From Parcubacteria group bacterium GW2011_GWA2_51_10 (GTDB lineage: Bacteria; Patescibacteriota; Minisyncoccia; Phycocordibacterales; UBA2100), in assembly GCA_001004265.1 (NCBI GenBank), contig LCQS01000001.1, forward strand, positions 2,324 through 66,323: 64,000 bases of DNA, read 5' to 3'. The notes beneath the pieces were generated by a model. The model worked only from the letters and a program-made list of their open reading frames with translations. It had not been told where the DNA came from and searched no databases. Shown here piece by piece: positions 60,043 through 64,000 of the stretch. The position numbers and the translations under genes are program-made. Each line of letters opens with the position of its first letter. The first letter of the stretch is position 1.

Positions 60043-61692
60043 CTAAACGACGGGCCGTGAGACAGTGCTCGCGACAGGGAGTTCCACTACAAATCGTGAA
60101 CCCTTCCCCGCACCTTCCGAAGTAGCCCAAATTTTACCGCCGTGAGCGTCAATGACCGATTTTGCTATGAAGAGCCCATAGCCTGTGCTGTGGACGTTTA
60201 CTTTTATCGAGTCCTTTCCGGGAGAGCCGGGCTGGAAGAGTTTTGCCATGTCCTCCGTTGTAATCCCGACCCCCGTATCAACAACGGTAAGCCGCACCCA
60301 ACCTGCACTTCTCGTAAGCATGACACGCACGCTACCGTGCGGCGTATAACGAATGGAATTATCAATGATATTCCGAATGACATGATCGCGTAATTTCTGC
60401 TCATCGCCCACGATCACGAAACTACCGCTCGAAGGCGCGTCATATGTAAGTGCGAGTCCTTTTTCTTGTGCTTCCGAGCGCAGGAATTCCACGGCAGTCG
60501 AGACTGCGCCAGCAAAATCTAATTCTTTTTTGTCGAAATGCACTGTTCCCTTTTTTAAATTCGCGGCTTCGAGAATATCTTTAACAAGATCCGCGCCTCT
60601 GCGCGTCTCCGAGAGCGCCGAATGCGCCGTATCGCCTAGCCTCGGCTCGACTTTGCCGAGATCCCCTTCGACGATTGCAGAAAATACCGCCGCATTTGTC
60701 GCAAGATACCCTTTCACTTCGTGGCTGATGAAATGTATGAGGTTCTCCTGCTGTTGATTTGAAACCTCAAGTTCCTTTTCCTGCTTCTCAATGATCTGTC
60801 GCTGCTCTATCTCTCTCATGACGCCGCGTATGAGGAGTATTCCTGCAGCAAGTACAAGAACGAAGGCGCCAAGAGAGAATGCGAGAATGAGAACGTCGTC
60901 GACCAAAGTGATGATCGCGAGATTCGCGATAGCGAGAGCAAAAACAAGAGTACTCGTGGCAGTTACCTTCAAGTTAAAGAGGTCGTGTCTATATATGGCC
61001 AACGCCATGCAGGCCGCGAACGGCAAAATGAAAAGCGCACCGAATGGAATGTATCGTACGTTCAGGAAAACGGCCGGAAGTATGATGTTGAAGGCGATGA
61101 GAAGCGAAAAAGTGATGACGGTGCCGACGAATATGATCACATACGGTGACCGCCCACCACGTGCAGCTATCATTTTCCTTATCAGTTGATACAGGCCACT
61201 ACCGATAAGGAACAAAATAACAGCCAAAAAGAGCACGATGCCTGGAGCGACGATAGTTTTTGAAACCGAGCCGTCTTTGGCAATGACATCAATGCCGGAG
61301 AAAACGAATGGCGTAAGTGTCCACAGCGACGTTGCGACGACAATCGGGATGAGTACGCGCGTGTACACACGCGGATACTTTTTCGATTCCAGCGGATATA
61401 CATAGAAGAGATGGAAGAATGTAAAGGCGTGATAAACGCCAAGAAAGATGAGCGCGCGCAAAAGCCACAATACAAGCTCGGGAGAAGTAACCTTATAGTT
61501 AACGTAGTTCACAATGCTCCATAGCACGGTGACGAGCGCAAACATCATAAACGCTTTATTTGAAGCGCTATGTGGTTTATTTATGTAAATAACAACGCCC
61601 AATAATCCTATCGCGGCAATTGCAATGCCCACGAGCAGAAGGTCGAGGCGCTGAAAGAGCAAAACTTCAAAAATGCTGTCGAATATCGCCAT
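60043..61692 (-). CDS. Sensor histidine kinase with N-terminal 7TM-type membrane sensor
   Basis: About 9 hydrophobic segments, H-box ISHEVK, N-box NIIDNSIRYT, DTGVGI, TGYGLFIAK, GSRF. Confidence 0.92.
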   Translation of the reverse strand: MAIFDSIFEVLLFQRLDLLLVGIAIAAIGLLGVVIYINKPHSASNKAFMMFALVTVLWSIVNYVNYKVTSPELVLWLLRALIFLGVYHAFTFFHLFYVYPLESKKYPRVYTRVLIPIVVATSLWTLTPFVFSGIDVIAKDGSVSKTIVAPGIVLFLAVILFLIGSGLYQLIRKMIAARGGRSPYVIIFVGTVITFSLLIAFNIILPAVFLNVRYIPFGALFILPFAACMALAIYRHDLFNLKVTATSTLVFALAIANLAIITLVDDVLILAFSLGAFVLVLAAGILLIRGVMREIEQRQIIEKQEKELEVSNQQQENLIHFISHEVKGYLATNAAVFSAIVEGDLGKVEPRLGDTAHSALSETRRGADLVKDILEAANLKKGTVHFDKKELDFAGAVSTAVEFLRSEAQEKGLALTYDAPSSGSFVIVGDEQKLRDHVIRNIIDNSIRYTPHGSVRVMLTRSAGWVRLTVVDTGVGITTEDMAKLFQPGSPGKDSIKVNVHSTGYGLFIAKSVIDAHGGKIWATSEGAGKGSRFVVELPVASTVSRPVV

Positions 61693-61697
61693 AGAGA

Positions 61698-62609
61698 TCA
61701 GAATCGCCTCAGGTAATGAGCGGTGTTGGTAAAGAAAATCGCATCCGGATACACTGAACGAATCTGTGCCCTTGTCTTATATCGCGCCATAGAAAAGATG
61801 GTTCCATTCAAAAAGACTGGAGAGTGCCACGCGAAGATTGATTGAATGATGCCGTGCAGCCAACTTTTGTACCCGTCAAACTCGATGGATGTTTTCGATA
61901 CTCGATGGAGAACATCGTCGAGCTTTCTTTGCTGTTCGCCGTCTAGATGGTGCTTGAATAGCGAATGATACGCGAGATCGAAATATCCGTCCGGAAATGA
62001 TTCAGGCAGTGAAAAAATATCATTCGTGCAAAGAATAATCGTAAATTGCGAATGAGCGCGTGCACGAGCTGCATCTACGCTCGCACTGTCAAGTGTCGAA
62101 TTGCGTTCGATAGAGACTGATTCTGTTGCCCCCAAGGTGCGCGAGGCGATCTCGTGCGTGCTTTCAAACATGTCGATACCTACGATGGTAACTCTATGCG
62201 TGTATCCGACACGCTTGAGATATTCGATAACTTGCCGATCGACCTCCATGCCTCCTGCGCCAGCACTTGCTATTGTGACGTCGCGATTCGCCTCAATGAT
62301 CGTCTTAGATATCTCTTTCACAAGAGGGCGCACGAGCCCTGGTTTTTCACGACGTTCGAGCGCAATCAGCTCTGTGTGCATTTCTTCGTCCCACGGATCG
62401 TATGGAAAGTCCGTAAGTTCAAGGAGCAGAGACGCATCCATTTTTCTTGCATGGCCAATCAACCAAGCAGCATATGCCATTGGCGAGTGTGCAGCGCGCA
62501 AAAAACGCTCGAGTTCTGCGATCGCATATGCCCGCGATGAGTTTCTCGGATCAGTCTTTAAGTCCTGGAGTTTTGCCAGTATGCCAGTGATCTTTTGCTG
62601 TCTCGTCAT
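61698..62609 (-). CDS. Class I SAM-dependent methyltransferase-like protein
   Basis: ASAGAGG motif I variant, VGID, NDIF, FDL..HSLFKHHL. Confidence 0.65.
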   Translation of the reverse strand: MTRQQKITGILAKLQDLKTDPRNSSRAYAIAELERFLRAAHSPMAYAAWLIGHARKMDASLLLELTDFPYDPWDEEMHTELIALERREKPGLVRPLVKEISKTIIEANRDVTIASAGAGGMEVDRQVIEYLKRVGYTHRVTIVGIDMFESTHEIASRTLGATESVSIERNSTLDSASVDAARARAHSQFTIILCTNDIFSLPESFPDGYFDLAYHSLFKHHLDGEQQRKLDDVLHRVSKTSIEFDGYKSWLHGIIQSIFAWHSPVFLNGTIFSMARYKTRAQIRSVYPDAIFFTNTAHYLRRF

Positions 62610-62616
62610 ATGTAGT

Positions 62617-63666
62617 TTATTTGAGCACTGCGGAAAGAGGAAGCCGCGATGAGCGCGCAGTCGGGGGCTCGGCATGGCCGACGCGAAACATAAATGTTAC
62701 AGGACGGCCGCCTGCGCTGCATATGCGTTCAACAGTTGCATAGGTGTCTTTGAGTATTCGTACATGCGCATGACCAAAGCCGTGAGCACCATCGTTTTCG
62801 AGTTTCAACCGCAGGAATAAGATGCCGGCAAGCGGTTGGACAGAAAGAGATCGCAGGGTTGCAGCAAGCCATACGCGCTCGAGAACTCGTCCCGCAATGA
62901 CAAAATCGATCGGCTGTGTGCCACTAGAAATAAGGCAGCCAATTGCGGAGGCAGATGCATTCGTCGCCCCGTTTTGTTTGGCGATTGCCTTATGCATGCC
63001 GACGAGACACAGGATTCGGGCGATACTCCACGACCGGAGCAATTTGAATATCGCTCTGCCCGGCGGCGGCAATTCAAGTGTCTCGATGTAAAATCCTGCA
63101 GAGCTTCTGTCGTCCTCCCCCCTTGTCCAGTTGATGTGACTGAAGAAAAAATCATGGATTTTTTTATTCGTCAGCATTATTTCCTCGTTAACTGCTCCGG
63201 CTCTCCCGAGAGCGTCCACTGATTCGCGAGATTCAACGAGCGTGAGCACTGTCGAGGACTCGCTCTTAGCCGCACCAAGGAGAGCCGCCCTCTCTTCCAC
63301 GGAAAGGACTCGACGCTCATAGGGCTTTCTGTTCGTTGTTCGCGCATCTATCGCGCCGGCAAGAGGATCTTTCCGTCCGCCCTCACGTAACGTAATGGTT
63401 GCGACGTGGTTATGGTCTTGATCCGGAAAGTACGCAACAGACGCTCCATACCCATCTGCGCTTGCTGCAAGCACAATATTTTCAAGCGCCGCCCCGCACG
63501 CCATGTACGACGCCCGCTGGCCCCAATTGTAAATTGACTGGTCCACCTCCGGAGCGAGCCACACATCAATTGCACTATCACCTGCAAAGAAGCGCCACGG
63601 CTGCGCATTCTCGCCTGACGGCGCTCGTATTCCAGCTCTGATGTAACGCTCGATATTCTCCTTCAT
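62617..63666 (-). CDS. Nitroreductase-fold flavoprotein (Acg/TyzC-like, two-domain)
   Basis: RAPSGENAQPWRF, GAALEN, RTTNRKPY, GRVLERVWLAAT...L.VQP, FRVG, RSSR. Confidence 0.88.
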   Translation of the reverse strand: MKENIERYIRAGIRAPSGENAQPWRFFAGDSAIDVWLAPEVDQSIYNWGQRASYMACGAALENIVLAASADGYGASVAYFPDQDHNHVATITLREGGRKDPLAGAIDARTTNRKPYERRVLSVEERAALLGAAKSESSTVLTLVESRESVDALGRAGAVNEEIMLTNKKIHDFFFSHINWTRGEDDRSSAGFYIETLELPPPGRAIFKLLRSWSIARILCLVGMHKAIAKQNGATNASASAIGCLISSGTQPIDFVIAGRVLERVWLAATLRSLSVQPLAGILFLRLKLENDGAHGFGHAHVRILKDTYATVERICSAGGRPVTFMFRVGHAEPPTARSSRLPLSAVLK

Positions 63667-64000
63667 ACTGAAATGCCAAATCGCTTAGCAAAGGCGTGCC
63701 CTTCCTCGGCGCGCTTATCGCGCGCAGAGGGAGCGTCATAACCTGGGATAAGCATTTCATCAAATGATACGAGGGCGCGATTGCTTTCAAGAGGTTCGCC
63801 ACTCACAATTCTGCGCACGCAGTATGCGACCGCTGCGCCCGCAAGCATTGCCGCTCCTCCCAGCTGCGGCCATGATACGAGCGACTTGCCGATCTCGAGG
63901 AGCGATTCTTGCATTCGCGGCGTTACATTCTCCGCGCCAATGTGTCGCGTGATGGTGCGGCCAATGTTAATTTTATCCATTTTTTTTAGTTCCTCGTACC
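63663..64000 (-). CDS. C-terminal part of a ThiF/E1-like adenylyltransferase (Rv1355c-like), truncated by window end
   Basis: RMQESLLEIGKSLVSWPQLGGAAMLAGAAVAYCVRRI..GEPLES resembles Rv1355c-type C-termini; frame stays open to base 64000 (..YEELKKMDK..); stop overlaps the next ATG. Confidence 0.7.
   Translation of the reverse strand, partial: YEELKKMDKINIGRTITRHIGAENVTPRMQESLLEIGKSLVSWPQLGGAAMLAGAAVAYCVRRIVSGEPLESNRALVSFDEMLIPGYDAPSARDKRAEEGHAFAKRFGISV

Overview
Chromosomal segment from a reduced-genome bacterium, most likely Patescibacteria/CPR (Parcubacteria-like). This is inferred from gene style, shortened GltX/TrpS, the split dcw cluster, a LeuRS with inserted domains, and the presence of rplI. 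Most genes are housekeeping: guaA, mraZ-rsmH-ftsL-PBP, a complete F1Fo ATP synthase operon, five aminoacyl-tRNA synthetases, mraY-ftsW-murG, scpAB, ychF, rplI, rpmA, tRNA-Ala(GGC) and tRNA-Glu(CTC). Accessory content includes a 1764-aa surface subtilase, a LexA/UmuD-hybrid plus Y-family polymerase cassette with a visible operator, and a frameshifted Xer recombinase. The best candidate for an undescribed system lies at the right edge: a tightly coupled ThiF-like (Rv1355c/TyzB/OxzB-like), nitroreductase, methyltransferase and 7TM histidine kinase operon that looks like a small-molecule signal synthesis-and-sensing module. It is truncated by the window. Several layers are not explained by the gene calls. 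At least four families of short palindromic or heptamer repeats sit at gene junctions, some inserted in frame into proteins. Many core genes have a -10 box exactly 6 nt before the start codon, suggesting leaderless mRNAs. Small orphan genes with their own Shine-Dalgarno and terminator are wedged between core genes, one antisense inside the atp operon. Three apparent deletion junctions may be real or assembly artefacts. All family assignments are by eye from motifs; no searches were run.
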